Shown in pieces: positions 26,867 to 41,600 of a stretch of 64,000 bases of DNA. Under the pieces are notes generated by a model. It was not told the origin of the DNA. It searched no databases and saw nothing but the letters and a program-made list of their open reading frames with translations. Within the stretch, counting starts at the first letter, position 1, and each line of letters opens with the position of its first letter. The position numbers were made by a program, and so were the translations under genes. This DNA comes from the human T2T-CHM13v2.0 reference genome, Homo sapiens: NCBI RefSeq assembly GCF_009914755.1, contig NC_060942.1; one strand, 5' to 3'.

Positions 26867-27485
26867 TCACAGTGAGGCCGCAGGGCAGGAAGAAGGAAGC
26901 AGGTAGGGAGGGGGAGCGACACCAGGCGAGCAGGTGTTGGATGGCAAGTGAAGTGTGTGTCAAGTGCCCCGAGCCTTCATCAGGGCTGTGGAGGGTCTGG
27001 CAGAAGAAACCTAGCCCCTTACCCCCAAGGTGCCTGCTGGTGGGCACAGGAAGCTGACACAGGTGAGACAATTGGCCAGCAAATCTGGACAGTGTCCGGT
27101 GAGATATCAGAGAGTGTGGCCGGGACTTTAGTGCTAGAGGAACCCATGGGTGGGAGATCAGGGAGAGTGGGAAGAGAAGGGCTGGAGTTGGGCTGACACC
27201 ATGGGTTGGTGGGTCTGAATTGCAGGGGTCCACGCTGCTGAACTGAGAGCACACGGTCTAGCCCCACAGGCTCTGTAAGACCAGTGCCCTTAAAGCTCCT
27301 GGCACCTGTGACAGGAGGGGCCAGATATCCCAAATACTCGGGCTCCTCCCTCATGGCTCAGTGCTCCTGGTGGGGTGTGGTTACTGTCCTTTGACCTGCT
27401 GGCTTCTGCCCTCTCTCGTCTGGTCATTATCTCAAATGAGACACGTCGACAACATCTAGTCATCGTCTAGGATGCACATGTAGGG

Positions 27486-27655
27486 CAGTGGTTCTGAAAC
27501 CTCACTGTGCCAAAGAATCCCCAGGGAGCTCTTGTTAAAGGGCAGGCTCCTGGGTGTGGCCGCCAGAGATCCTGATTCTGTGAGTTACCACGACACCCGG
27601 GAGTCTGCAGTTCAACATGGTCCCAGGAGATCAGGAGAAACTGTCGTTTTTCTAT
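27486..27655. mobile_element. MER5A/B-like hAT-Charlie MITE
   Basis: cagtggttctgaaac...agaatccccagggagct.ttgttaaa...ctcctggg...cagagatcctgattctgt...gagaaactg. Confidence 0.7.
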
Positions 27656-30600
27656 GACTGACAAGATACCTTCAACTATAGGGTCTCCTCAGAACTTGCT
27701 GCTGCCCACGAGGTTGGCCAAGCAGAGGTAGCTGTGCTTATCTTTTGGGTGAGGACAGTGAATCCTTCGAGGAGAAGGTCTCCTTAGGGTCACACAGGCG
27801 GTGGGGGTGGGACTGGTACTCTGGACGTCCAGGGCAGTGCTCCGGCAGCTTGGGCAAAAGGACAAAGCTTGGACGTGGGCTGCGCTTGCATGGGGATCAC
27901 GCGGGCATCAAAGGATGCTGGGGTGCTGGCCCCTTCCCTCCATCATGTGTCCCCCGCCCCCCATTTTAGGCTGGGCCAGGCCATGGGGCCTCCAGGGAAT
28001 GTGTGCATTTGTACTGGGCCTCGGCACGTGACCTCCTGTGAGGAGCCGGTTTTATGGGATTTGCTCGTGTTGCTGTGGTTACTGATGTAGTGGAGAACAG
28101 AGTCAGGGGGCCAGGGCAGGATGAGTGGACTTTGATGGGAAAACGGTGAGGCAATGATGGGAGGGTGGGCTGGCAATGAGTGTCCAGTGCTGCCTGGCCA
28201 GGCCTGCCCTCTTACTGCTGGGGCCACCAGCGCTCTAGGAGCAGTAGACTATAGCAATGGGAGGCATCTCATTTCACAGGTGAGGAACTGAGAGGCAGAG
28301 GAGGACAGTGTCCGGCCCGAGGCCCTGCCCTTTCTTCAGAGCAGACTCAGAGTCTGTGCCATCCTCCTCCCCTCACCAGGCCCTGCTCTTATTCTTCTCC
28401 TTCAGGTCTGGCTGTTTCTCTGATTTTCTCTCTAATTCCCTGAGGGTGGCCCCTCACAACCCACATGGCAGGTGGCTTTTCCAAAGCACTTCAGTGTGCA
28501 TCTTCACATGAAACCCTGCAAGGTGATCAGGGCAAGTGGCTCAGGTTTAGTGAGGTGCAAGCTGGGGCCACACCCCAGGTGTTCTGATCTTCAGCCTCTG
28601 GGCCCCTGGGGTGCTGGGCACTCTGGTCCCTGGAGCACTGGGACCCCCACGGTACCTCTTACCCATCGCTTGGCTTCATTTCTCCTGGCGGGTGTCCTGC
28701 TCCTCCAGCTCCAGCTCTAGGCCTTGTTTCTAAGGCTGGGCTGGATATTCCCGACCCTCATGCTGGTCACCCCTCTCATGGGCTCTGCTCCTATACCCTC
28801 CTCTGAGCCTTTCACCCTGGCCATGTGGGTAGGCCTGGGGGACTCTCTTTACTTGGGCTTGGCCAGTGTCCTGCAGTGATGACAGGAACCTGATTGTTCA
28901 TTTCTGTGTTCCCCGGAACGGGGATTGGACACCTGGCAGGTTCCCAGTGCATAGATATGGCTTTAAGAGCTCTGATGTCTCCCTTCTGGCTGTTGGGAGA
29001 GTGCCATTATGGCCCCTGTCACCTCTTCAACTCAGATCCAGTGGGGACCCTCAGTCTGTAACGGGCAGTTCGTAAGACTGTGTGACCTGCCACCATCCTG
29101 TGTTAAGTGTTTGGGGAACAGAGAAGGAGAAGAGAAACAGGGAACACCCGCACCTGTTTAGGGTGGTTTCTAGGCAGTCAGAACTCCCCCATTCTCACAG
29201 GTCTCCATCTGTTCAGGAAGTTCCCGGGTGTGTCAGCGTGCCTCTCAGTGCAGTGGGCTCAGACTCAGACAGCCTGTCGGGAAGCCTCTGTTGTCTCCCT
29301 AGGTCTGAATAGCCTAAATTGTGTCGGCTTTCAGTAGCCCCGTCACTGTGCTCCTAATGGCAAAATCCTGCCATTCCACCATTTGAATCTTCCCCCTTGG
29401 TCTTCTATTAGAATGAAAATCCTGGTAAAGCCTCAGGATCAGGTCTCGTGCAGACATTTACCACTTACCCCCTTCAGGTGTACTGGGCTTTGACTGGGCA
29501 GGTGGAAGTGGTGGGAGATGGGATACAGGGAACATGAAGATGCTGGAGGCAGAGATGACCTCCCGCAAAGCTAAGCCTTGAACTGGAAACGCTGGGGAGG
29601 CCAGACCCCCTCCCCATAAGTGAGCAAGGGGCACACTGTGCCTGGCTGAGAGACACAGGGACGTGGGACACAAGCTTGGAGCCTAGGAGGAGGTGAGGGC
29701 ACAGGAAGACTGTGCCCTGGGTCCCCAGGGGCCTACTTGGTCCTCACTCACAGCTGCTCCTCCCAGGCCTGTCCGTGAGTGAGGATTTGGGGACTGCAGA
29801 CCCATTTCCCAGGAGCTGTTACACTGGCCACACCATCCCAGGCATGGCCACACCAAATTCCAGCTGATGGCAGAGGGGATGTGGTGCGCTTCACCCCACC
29901 CCCTATTTCTCCCATCACCAACATCAAATGTCAGTCAGGGACATTTTTTCTTATGCAATTTTTCAAATCTCTCAGTGTCATTCAATTAAAAATGGAGGTT
30001 CCTTGTATTTAAGCTCTTCAACAGATGCAAGAGCATGAGAGCACAAAAAGACCTTAGCAATTCTTCATCCTCTTCTGGAGACGTGAAGTGATTTGCCCAT
30101 GATCACCCTGCTACTCAGGGCCTGGTGGTGCCAAGACTGCACCTGGGTCACAGAGCAGAGCCAAGGAACACACAAATGAAACTGGGTCTCACTCCCTCCT
30201 GTGATCTTCCCACTGAGCCCTCTTGAACAAATTTCAGCATGCTTCAGGCTGCTCGTTAAGTGAACACAAATCCTCAAGTCAGCCCCGTGAGGTTCAGGCT
30301 TCTCCACGGAGCTTCCTGGAGTCATGGGACTTTAAAGTTGAGGAGGCCTTGGAGAGGATCTCCTTCTATGGTTTCCAAATAGGGTAGGAAGGCACCTCTG
30401 GTGACCACATGTAGCTCTGGTTGAAGGGCCGGAGGCTTCACACTGGGAGGGACCATCAGCTTGCATCTGCTTTACACAGTGGCGCTTTCAGGAAGGTTTA
30501 TTTACACAGAAAAAAAATTAAACACTACAAATCTGATGTGAATTCAGAAAACCTCTCCTCACTGCTCTCACAAGTGGTTGGACTGAACTTTCCCTTGGAG

Positions 30601-30922
30601 CCATCTCTCACGGTTTATGAGGCAGTCACTCCACTGTTTTGTGAGGCAATCCACCCTCCTTTAAAAAAATTTATTGAGGTATAGCTGATGCTAAATAAAC
30701 TGCATGAATTTAAAGTGTATATTTGGTGAGTTCTGACATGTATATACCTATGAAAGCATCTATACCCTGTTGGTTAACTCTTCTTGCACATCTATTAATT
30801 CATTGATTAGGTCAGCTACTTACTGAGCAGGTATTATATACTATGTGCTAGAATCTGTTAAAAACTTGTATTTAGTTAAAACCTCCTTCCCTCTAAATCT
30901 GATTTTCTCAATCCAGCTCCAA

Positions 30923-31407
30923 TGGAATTGCTAGATAAAATACAGGATGCCCAGTTACATTTTAATTTCAGATAAAATGAACATATTTTTGATGTAAATA
31001 TATCTCAATATTGCATGGAACATGCTTATACTAAAAAATTGTTTCTTGTGTAAAATTCCACTTTAACTGGGCTTTCTACATGTGTGTGTGTTTTTTTCTT
31101 TTCGAGAGAATCTCTCTCTGTCACCCACGCTGGAGTGCGTGACTCACTGCAGGCTTGACCTCCCAGGCTTAAGTGATCCTCCCATCAGCAACCTCCCAAG
31201 TTGCTGGGACCACAGGCATGCACCACCATGCCTGGATAATTTTTTATTTTTTGTAGACACAAGGTTTTGCCATGTTGCCCAAACTGATCTCAAACTCCTG
31301 GGCTCAAATGATCCTCTGGCTTTGGCCTCCCAAAGTACTGGGATTGCAGGCATGAGCCACCACGCCTGGCCCCATTCTCCTTTTATTTGTGAACTCTGGA
31401 ATCCTGA
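30923..31407. mobile_element. MER53-like palindromic MITE interrupted by an Alu (arms ~30923-31079 and ~31376-31407)
   Basis: ttgctagataaaatacaggatgcccagtta...atattgcatggaacatgcttatactaaaaaattg...tttaactgggc, resuming after the Alu with ttttatttgtgaactctggaatcct. Confidence 0.75.
31091..31371 (-). mobile_element. Alu (AluJ-like), antisense
   Basis: ctgtcacccacgctggagtgc...ctcctgggctcaaatgatcctc...gagccaccacgcctggcc. Confidence 0.95.
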
Positions 31408-32105
31408 AGTCACCCCTCTTGAGCTGTATAGAATCAGGTCTCAGTACCTCTAGTATTCTGAACCTTCCTGGTATCTCAGGACACTAGACAGTGCTTCCTC
31501 TAGTCTCAACACCATGGGTTTAATTAATGATGCTATGATTACTTTAGCCTTTCTGAGCCACGTCTGTGGCTCCTGTTGAGCTTGTTGCTCTCAGAACACG
31601 AGACTCACTTCCTTTCAGCTGCTCTCAGGCAGGCTGCCCCTCCAGCCCTTAGGCAGCCCCAGGCAGAGGTTTTGCATGAAACCTTGGCCTCTCCATCTAG
31701 GCCTGTGATATTTCACCTTGTTGGTTCGTCTGTGCTTCCAGGCCATTGGAATCTTGTGAATTCCAGAGTGTGCCAGAGTCTGGCACCTGGCAAAATGTCC
31801 ATCTCTCCCAGACTCGAATCTATTCTGACCTGATAAGCATGACTTTTAGATCATCAGTTAAGTAACTGATGGAAATGCAGAACAGCCCAAGGCTAAGCAC
31901 AGAAGCCTGTGCTGTGCTCCTAGAGAAAGCTCTCCCTGCCCCCGGAGAGAGCCCTCCCTGCCCCCCGTCTCCCTCTAGGTTGACATCAACCCATACTCAC
32001 TGGGCCAACTCACCTAAGTGTAGTATCCATTACCTAGACTACATTTATTATTTCTATCCACAGACATTTCATAACAGTCTTCAATTTCTTGACTCTTTCA
32101 TTTCA

Positions 32106-32534
<429 letters not shown>

Positions 32535-32954
32535 TCATTCTTTAGGGGATTCTACTGCCCTGTGTGATTAACAATTCCCTCTTTCCCCCCTTTCTCTTTT
32601 TAAGTGATCCAAACCACTTCAAAATCCATTACAGATTTGTCAAGGTGTTTTTACATTCCCATGGAAAGTTTCAGGATTTCATCTTTTTTCTTTGTGCAAA
32701 AATTTAAATATGATTTACGGTCTAAAACCCCTCAGCTATGATTCTTGATTTCTCGAAAACTGCTCAATGTTTTTAGGGTCACACCTGCGAGTTCTTTCCT
32801 GGTGCTACGTTACAGCATAGCATTGTTGGAAGATGTAGGTGGTATGAGTATGCTGGATGGCTCGCTTCCTCTCTTAAGCTAATGAATTATTCCCAAGTAA
32901 TTTTGATGGATGTGGGTCAAGGATAGGAAGAAGGATGACAGGAAGACATGAGCA

Positions 32955-33570
<616 letters not shown>

Positions 33571-34509
33571 TGGACCACAGAGCTTAGCTTGGCAACTATG
33601 ATATGGCAAGACCCCACCAATTTTTTTTTTGGTAAGGCTCATCATAGAACCCCTTTTATCTAGGACCTGATTCATAAAATGGCAGTTTATTATTTTCAAC
33701 ATGTCTATGGTGTACAGTGTGGCATACTGGTGGGGTTGCTCTCTGGGACACAGGGAGGTCAAGTGACTTGGAGAGTATCCCATAGTAAAATGTGTAGCTC
33801 AGAGGTCAGCAATTCATCAGCTCTGAGGGCTCCCCAGAAATAGTAGAGTCTCTGGGAGGTGCCCGTGGCCAGACAGGTTGTCCCTGCTGCTGCTGGGAGC
33901 CAGGGAAGCTCTGCAGGTCCACAGGGCTGGCACTCGGAAGGGGGCCTGGCTGAAATGTGCAGGCAGCATAGACCAGACAGACAGTGGGAACAGTGAGGTG
34001 CTACAGCAGTGGCCCAGGCAGGGACAGGAGGGCTGCAGACACAGCTGAGGCAATAGGATGGAGTGGTGGGTGGGAGTGGCTGTTGGCGATGTGGAAACAG
34101 CAAAAGTGGGTGAAAGGTTGGAGAGAGAGGGCGAAGGAGACAGCGCAAGAGGAAAAATGCTAAGAAGGTTCCTGGGATGCTGACCTGGGCCCCTGGGGCC
34201 ATGAGGCTTCTATATAGCTTGAGGGGTAGGGTTGGGGAGGAGCAGGGCCCGGTAAATGGACTTGATTTGGATGGTTTGAGTCTGATGTGTATTTGGGCCA
34301 TCCAGGATGGGTTGAATATGATGTCTATGTGAGCCATCCAGGCAAAGAATTTCTTAAGGTCTGGGGATGGTGAGAGGTTCTTAAGGTTTGGGGTTACTGC
34401 TGTGAGAGGCACTATTTTCTAGAATCACTGGCAGGGAAGCCATCCCCTGTATCAACCTTCCTGCAGGACCCACACTCCCTTCCTCCTCCCGGAGTGGGAT
34501 TCTGCCTAG

Positions 34510-34745
34510 GCATGTGCACACATGTGTACACCCTACACACTCATCCACACATGCCACCCACTCCCCTCAGACACTCGCATACATACCCCTGTGTGTGTGT
34601 ACACCCTTACACACCCATGTACACACTCCTCCCACATACACACTCACACACTGACCTTGTGTACACTCATATCCACTCCTACACTCCCCTCATAGACACA
34701 CACTTACCCCAACACACATGCAGACACTCACCCCATGTGCACCCC
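34510..34745 (+). repeat. CA-rich low-complexity tract
   Basis: Degenerate acac/cact runs. Confidence 0.8.
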
Positions 34746-37549
34746 CAATACGCCTGCATCCAGAGTCGTCACAAACTTCCACTCCCAATAGCTCTTGTTG
34801 CATTGAACCCCCCTCTCAACCTCCCCAGAGAGTGGCCACTGTCACGGGATTGGATGCCCCGGGCAGGCGTGGGAGCTGCAGCAGAGCGACAGCCAGGCAG
34901 CCCACACTTGGGATGGCCCCAGCCTCTTACTGCCATTGCCCTGTGGGTGCTGGCCGGGGCTGGCCAGCTGGAATCCAGCCTCTGAGGACTGGAAGCCCTT
35001 CTGGTCTTCTTAATCCCAGGCTTCCAGAAAACCCAAGAGCAGGATGTCCTTGGAGTGGAACACAGGTGGGAACTGGGAGAGTTTCTAGAGTGCCTCTCAT
35101 CTGTCTCATGCAGCTGAGGAAACCAAGGCTCAGAGAGGTCCTGGCTTGCCCAGGGTCTCCCTGCCAGGAGATGGGAGGCTGGGGCCCCAGGCTGACTCTA
35201 CCTGGCCCGGGTGCCCTCAGTGTGCCCTGGCTGACAAGTTTGACCACAGAGGGATCACATGTGGGCTCACAGTGTACAGGTTGGGCACAGGGCCAGCCAC
35301 CGGTAATGCAGCCAGGTGTTGGGCTATGGGCTGCTTCTGCTCCTCATCCTGTCCCACAGGGACCTGCCTCCTTGGCGTTGGGCCTGGCAGGTGGCTGGGA
35401 GCGGATGGTGAGGGCAGATGTCAGGCAGCTCCAGGCTCTGGCCCCTCTAGCCCAGAATCCTTACCCTGATGGGACACATAAGGATAGGGTAGGGAAAGGG
35501 TGGCTGTCTTTCCTGAGATCACCCTCATCATGTCCCTGAACAGCCTAGTTTCCCTTTAAAAATGACTATTTATGGTGCTTTTATTTAAGAATTATCTAAA
35601 ACCTTCTTGAACTCGACTTTTGCCTCGGCCTCTACCACCTCTTGGAGGGAAATGAGTACTATAAATTGCATCCTACCACACAAAGTTGGGTTACCTTTGA
35701 TTTGCCTTGAATTCCCCTGAGTTTGAGATCTATTTGAGGCACTGGGATCAGTGGCCAGGGCTTCTGCTCCCCTTTCTGGGGCCTGTGCAGTTTTCACCCC
35801 ACAGAGTGGGAGACCAGCTCCAGCTTGAGAGTCCAGCTTCAAACCTACCCAGTCTTTTGGGGTAAGATTCTTCTTCTCCTCCTAACCAGTCTCCTGACAC
35901 CCCACTGAGAATTGCTGCCCATGGATAGCATGGGGATTGGCCCTTTCTTGCTTGCTCACATGTTTTCTCTTTCTTTGTGACATATTGTCGTCATCATCAT
36001 TATTATTATGTGGCTTTATTTCTCTCCCCAAATATCATTTCTAATCCTATCACCCGACAGGACAGTGTTAGCCTGTTGACGTTCTTCCTTGTAGATTTTC
36101 TCCTAGGCAGAGGTCTTGTTTAGTGTTTTTTTGTTTTGTTTTGTTTTGTTTTTGAAGTTGGAGGCTAATCCCTTCTAATGCAGAGGGTATTTCCAGACCT
36201 GAGACTCCAGCCGTGGCTTGCGTGGGAAAAATGAGTCACAGTTGCTATTCATAGTTGGATTTTAAAAATTAAGAGCAGGGCAGTACATGCTGGGAGCTGG
36301 TGCTGGGCTCAATGCCTTGAGACATATCTGGAGAATACTATGTTTAGAGAACTTACATTATAGTTGGAGTGATGAGATCCACCCATGTGAAAAGTTGGGT
36401 GACACCACAGGCATTACATCATCACAAATGTCACAAAGCTGCTTGGAGAACCTGGCATACTGAGAAGCACAGAGATTGGTGGCGTCTTCAGGATTTCACA
36501 GTGGCAAAGATCCAGAGAGGTGGTCAGGGAAGCCTTCCTGGGGGAGGTGGCATAGCAGCTGAGCTTTGAAGTCTGAGTCAGTTTGGACATCATGGATGGG
36601 GTGGCAGGGATTGGGGAAAAAGCCAAGGGAGATATTTGGAAGTGGGGAAGCTCCAGGATGTCTGGAGGCCTGGAAGTAGCTCAGATAGGTCGGGGCAGTG
36701 GATTGGAGTCAGGAATGACCCCTCGGTTGAGGAGTCTGCCCTGGAGGAAGCAAGGAATTGTGGGGGCTGATAAAGAGGCTGTGATGGAGGCTACTGATTC
36801 AGGGGAAGGTCCGCAGAAGGTGTCTTAGGTCTGCTTTAAGAAACTGTGAAGGGGCTACTGAGAAGATGGGCATCTGCCAAGGAGTTAGCCTTGTCCTGTC
36901 ATCTCTTGGTCCCACCTCCCTTCTACCCAGAGCCAGAGTTGGCCTTAGGCTGATGTGACTGGTGTCAGCCTGGCACACGCACCTGCGATGACAATCTGGA
37001 GGCAGCAGAATGTCCATAGAGGTTAAAGAGCACACAGAGCCTTCAAATTCCAGGTCTAACCCATTAAAACCCACCAGCAGAGGGCCATGAGGAACTTACC
37101 CGTAGTCAAACAGAGTTAAGGTTATCAGCCTGCTGCGGGGAGGAAGAGAGCACATCATGGGAACTGTGGGGCATCCTAAAGGGGGCACTGTAGGAGGGAC
37201 ACTTAACAGAGTTTGGGGGCTGGAGTTAATTAGAGCATCATCTTGGTCAGAATTTGAAGGGTTGCTGGAACAGTCCGAGGTCACATCCTTAGAACACACC
37301 AGCCATTAGGGAATTGCTGTCAGATCAGTTTGTCTGTGGTCTTATCTTGGAACAGATGGTTGTGAATGAGCTGGTGTCAAAAGACTTTGAGCTTAGATAG
37401 TCTGTGATGAGCCTTCATCCCAGTGGTACTGTTATCTGTTTTCTGAGTCATCACACAGGACTTTCTGCAAGTTGTGGCTTTTGTTCCAAGTCTCAGTTCC
37501 CTGTTCATTGCCTAGCTGCCCGCAGGACCATCTTCTATTTAAAGTTTGT

Positions 37550-37720
37550 CCTTGGGAAAGTTACTTGACCTCTCTGAGCCTTGGTCACTCAGTGGTTAAG
37601 TGGAGATAATAACGGTAGCTACACCATGGAGTTCTGAGGATTAAATGAGTTAATATATGTGGAGCACCTAACAGTGCCTGGCATACAGGGGGTGCAATAG
37701 AAATGTCAGCCATTATTACA
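37550..37720 (+). mobile_element. MIR
   Basis: ccttgggaaagttacttgacctctctgagcct...tgaggattaaatgagttaatatatgt..agcacctaacagtgcctggcataca. Confidence 0.85.
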
Positions 37721-38369
37721 ACTGCAGGCCTTCAAGATCAGGAAAAGAATGTTGATGCCTCAAAAGAAAGGATAGTCTGCAAGTTTATTTTCCACTTCAA
37801 AGGAGAAAAAAGGGGAACAGCAATATGAGATACCTTTGCCAGGACAGACACTGTCCTGGGAGCAGCCATCATGATCTAGAACAAACAAGTCCGGTGAGAT
37901 TGACGTGATCTTCTGAGAAAGAGGGAAGGAATGAGCTCAAGGGATCCTTTGAGGTTTGGCCCATCTGCAGGTAAACGGTGGTGGTGATGCACTCTTCGTT
38001 AGTTTAGCCGAGGACAGGGCAGGAGGAAATGAAGTGAAGAAATGACACTGAGAATCTGGATTTGACAGTAGAAGAGACGTCTGACTCTGAGCTGCTGAGT
38101 ATTAGGATTGGGGGAAGCTAAGAGGCTGTGGGCTCCTGGCCACATCTAACCAGAGTGGAAGTTGTGGTGCAGAGGAGGGACCTCTGGTCTGGGGGTCAGG
38201 CAGTCTCAGTCCTGGTATTGAACTTGCCTCTGAGTAGCAGGGGCATGGCTTTCTGCCACTCAGTCCTCACTCTGGGTCTTAGGCTCCCCTTTTGTAAAAG
38301 GGAGGATTCAGGATAGATGGGCCCTTCAGGCGTCTTGCTTTCTTGGCTTCAAGGCATCCTGGAGATTAC

Positions 38370-38610
38370 TGTCATTCTTTCTCATAACTGCACAATATTC
38401 CCCAATAATGCATGTTCTCCTATTGATGGACATTTCGTTGTTTCCAGTCTTTTGTACTTACCAGCCATAGAGCACATTTTGTTTGTGTATCTGCATGGAG
38501 TTATATGCATTTTGTCTTTAAGATGCCAAGTGGAATTGCAGTAGACAGGATTTGAGCATTTGTGATTTTCATGATCTTGCCAAATCACTCTCCTTAGAGG
38601 TTGCACCAAA
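38370..38610 (-). mobile_element. Old LINE-1 (L1ME-like) fragment, antisense
   Basis: tcctattgatggacatttcgttgtttccagtcttttg...agtggaattgc...ttgccaaatcactctcc..agaggttgcacca. Confidence 0.75.
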
Positions 38611-41600
38611 TTATAATCTTACTGCCAACTGTGGGCCCTGCTGTTTTACTTATGTGGTGAGGAGTAGTGGGTGGGAGGTCTTGGTGATCAAGCGATCAAT
38701 ACATCTTCCACTTCTAAGGTCACATGACCTCAGGGCCCTGCTCTGGTCAGATCCCATTTCTTAAGGCCCCAAATGCTTAGCCAAGCTTGGCTTCTTGCAC
38801 CTCAGCTCTGCTGCTTCCTCTCACCTTGGCTTTTCTGCTTTCCAGCTATCCCTAATAAGAGAGAGAGAAAGCTAGAGACAGAGAATGTGTTCCAGGTGCT
38901 CAATGTCTTACTGGTGCTGTGCCTGCAACTATCATCATTCCAGCTTCTGTGTACACACACCTGGCTTCCCACAGTTAAGGTGGAGGAGGAGGCAGCCAGC
39001 CAGCTGTGTGAAGGACTGAACCCGTTAGGCTGTGAGACTGAGGGGCAAACTCACCATCCAGGGTTGCACTGACAGCCTCAGCTGAAGGCTCACCCTTAAC
39101 AAGCTGAACAAGCCTTCTGACAATTGCTGTCAATTTCGTCCCAGGAAGATGCTGGCAGGACCTAGATCTTGGTTATGACCTGGAGCCATGCCCAGAAACA
39201 CTCAAATCTATCACCAATAATTGTCCATGGGCCTGGCTGAAGGGGAGCCTCCCTGACAAACAAACAAGTGGAAATCTGTCACAAAGGAAGCAAACACACC
39301 CCATGACCAGGAGGGCCACTCATTCCTCTTGTTCTCATTGGTTTGGCTGCTGCATGGTAAACTCACTTTAAGCATCGTTTCTTCAATTGTCCAGGCTCAT
39401 GAAAGTGGTCAGCAAGTCCTCCTTAAACTCTACACATGCCTTTGTAATGTTTACGGGAGGCCCTGCCTCACCCCCAATTATTTATTCATCAGACATCTCC
39501 TGGGCACCAGTGTGTGTCAGGTGCTGGCTGTGCATGGGTGGCAGATGCCCAAGGCTCTGTCTCCACTCTGGGGAAGTTGCTGAGATGAGCCTCCCAAAGT
39601 GAAAAGTGACAGGTGTCATAGACAAGGCAGGTAAGACACGCCTGATGGATTCAGGCACCCCTTAATGACAGCTCTTTTTGTTGGCATTCCCTTAGCACCT
39701 GATAATTTTGAGAGTTGAATGAAGGGAGAGAGCCAGGGTAGAAAGGAAACGACAGCCCCTTGGGGAAGGCAGTGTGAGGCATTGCAGGAGAGAGCTTAGC
39801 TCTTGGCATTTGCTGGTTTAATAGGGTCACTGGCAAGTAGCTTTGGGTTGGGTGAGTTTGCTGAAAGATAATTATGGTGGCATTGGCTGGAGAAAGGAAA
39901 GAGATTTCCTAGAGGCCTCTGTACTTGGCCTTTGCAGATGAGCTGACACTATGTGACTATCCTGAATAGGACGTATGCTCTGAGTCAGCTGATTAATTTT
40001 CACTCTTGCAGTTGAGCAAGGATTTGCATGGAGCCATTTGCATTTTCTCACCAAGTCCCCTTTGCTATCGATTGATTCATTTCAACATACATTTGGTAAG
40101 TTCCTACTATGTGCCAGCAGTGAGCTGGACAGCTGAGGTTCTGCCTCACGGAGTTGATATTCTATATGTGTACTAGTTTCCTGTCCCCAGCTGTGACGAG
40201 AGCCCATCCCAGGGAGGGGCACTTGGATCTTAGTTGGGGACCTTGAAAAAGTCTTCATGTTCCAAAGGGGTGAGGCCCTACTGAAGGAATCTCAGATATG
40301 GGTCAGATACTTGGGGCTGCTCACCCAATGTGAACAAAAGGGGGACTCCAGCAAGCCAGATTCAGTCAAGTAGCTGGACATGCAGGAATCACAGCCTGGG
40401 GCTGAGCCGTGTATGTGTGATCTTTACACCTCCCTGGTCCCTTTCTCCTGAACCTGTGGATGCCCAGTGAGAGGAGGAAGGGCAGGGGCACCATGGAGCC
40501 CAGCTCCCTGGAGTGGGGTCGATGATGCCAGGCTCCCTGGGCTAAAAGCCTCTTGTCAGCAGAGTAATTGGATCTGACTTGCAGCAGGCAGGGAGCAGAG
40601 GTATTCGAGTCAGTTGGTGCTATTTTTAAATGCCCTCTCTTCCCCAAGTGCAGATCTCAGCTCAGCGGGAGACAACGGCTCATCTCACAGCCCTGGGAAT
40701 CAAAGCACAGCCCCCTCCCCTCAAGGTTTAAGTCCTTCCAACCCCATTCTTCAAAATCAGATCTCAAATTGGGCAACTGCCCACAAATCCTGCCATGATC
40801 ATATGTCCCAGTTTGGGGAAGGATGGACTCCTGGGGCCATGGGGTCAAGGGCTGGTTTGGGCTGGTTGCCCAGTTGGCCAGAAGCAGACCCACAGCCTTG
40901 GTTTCTTGGTTGCCTGGCAGCCCCAGAGGGTTACCACTAAGCCTGCAGGCAAACATGTCCCTGCCAGTCTGCTGCTGTCTTGACCCTTGGTAGCAGCTCA
41001 CAGCTGCCTGTCAGGCTCTGAAAACAGAGCAGAAAGCAGCCACCCTCCTGCCAAATGTCCTGCTAGGAGATGAGCCTCATACTGAGTGCAGCCCAGGGTA
41101 GTGGGAGGAGATCAGGGAGGCCGATGTCCAGTCATGTGCTGATGAGGCTGCCTGGTTGGTCAGTTTCTTCTCACTTGTCACACCTCCTCTCTCCTCCCTA
41201 CTCCAGTAGCTGGCTGTTAAATGCTCTCCCTCCAGAGGATGTGGTCAGGCCGGAAGGGAATTGCTGGTGGTCCTGACTACCCCCACCCCTCCCAACTCTT
41301 AGAAAATGACAAGGCCGCCTCGGGCAGGTACGGAGATGCTGCTAACAGCCAACGCGGAGTGACCACGTTTCATGCTTCAGATGGCACACCTGTGGGCCAG
41401 GGGCCACCATATCTTGTTATAGATAAGGACCGAGGCCCAAAGGGGAGCCCTTTGGTCAAGGTCACTAGCAGATCCTCCCTCTCTCCCTGACTAGGACCCT
41501 CAAAATCCCCCAGAATTCCTGAGGCCTTTGGATGCAAAGAATGAGGGATGCTTGCACGTCAAACAACACAGCCCCCTCTCCGAGAAGCTGGAGGAGTTCC

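Noticed and set aside
34718-35539. Longest ORF in the track (273 aa)
   Set aside because: Starts in a CA-rich tract and runs through a MIR-derived segment (LRKPRLREV). It is GC-rich stop-poor sequence with no recognisable domain.
35630-35650. CTCF-like motif (CCAAGAGGTGGTAG on the minus strand)
   Set aside because: Three mismatches to the core; not distinguishable from chance by eye.
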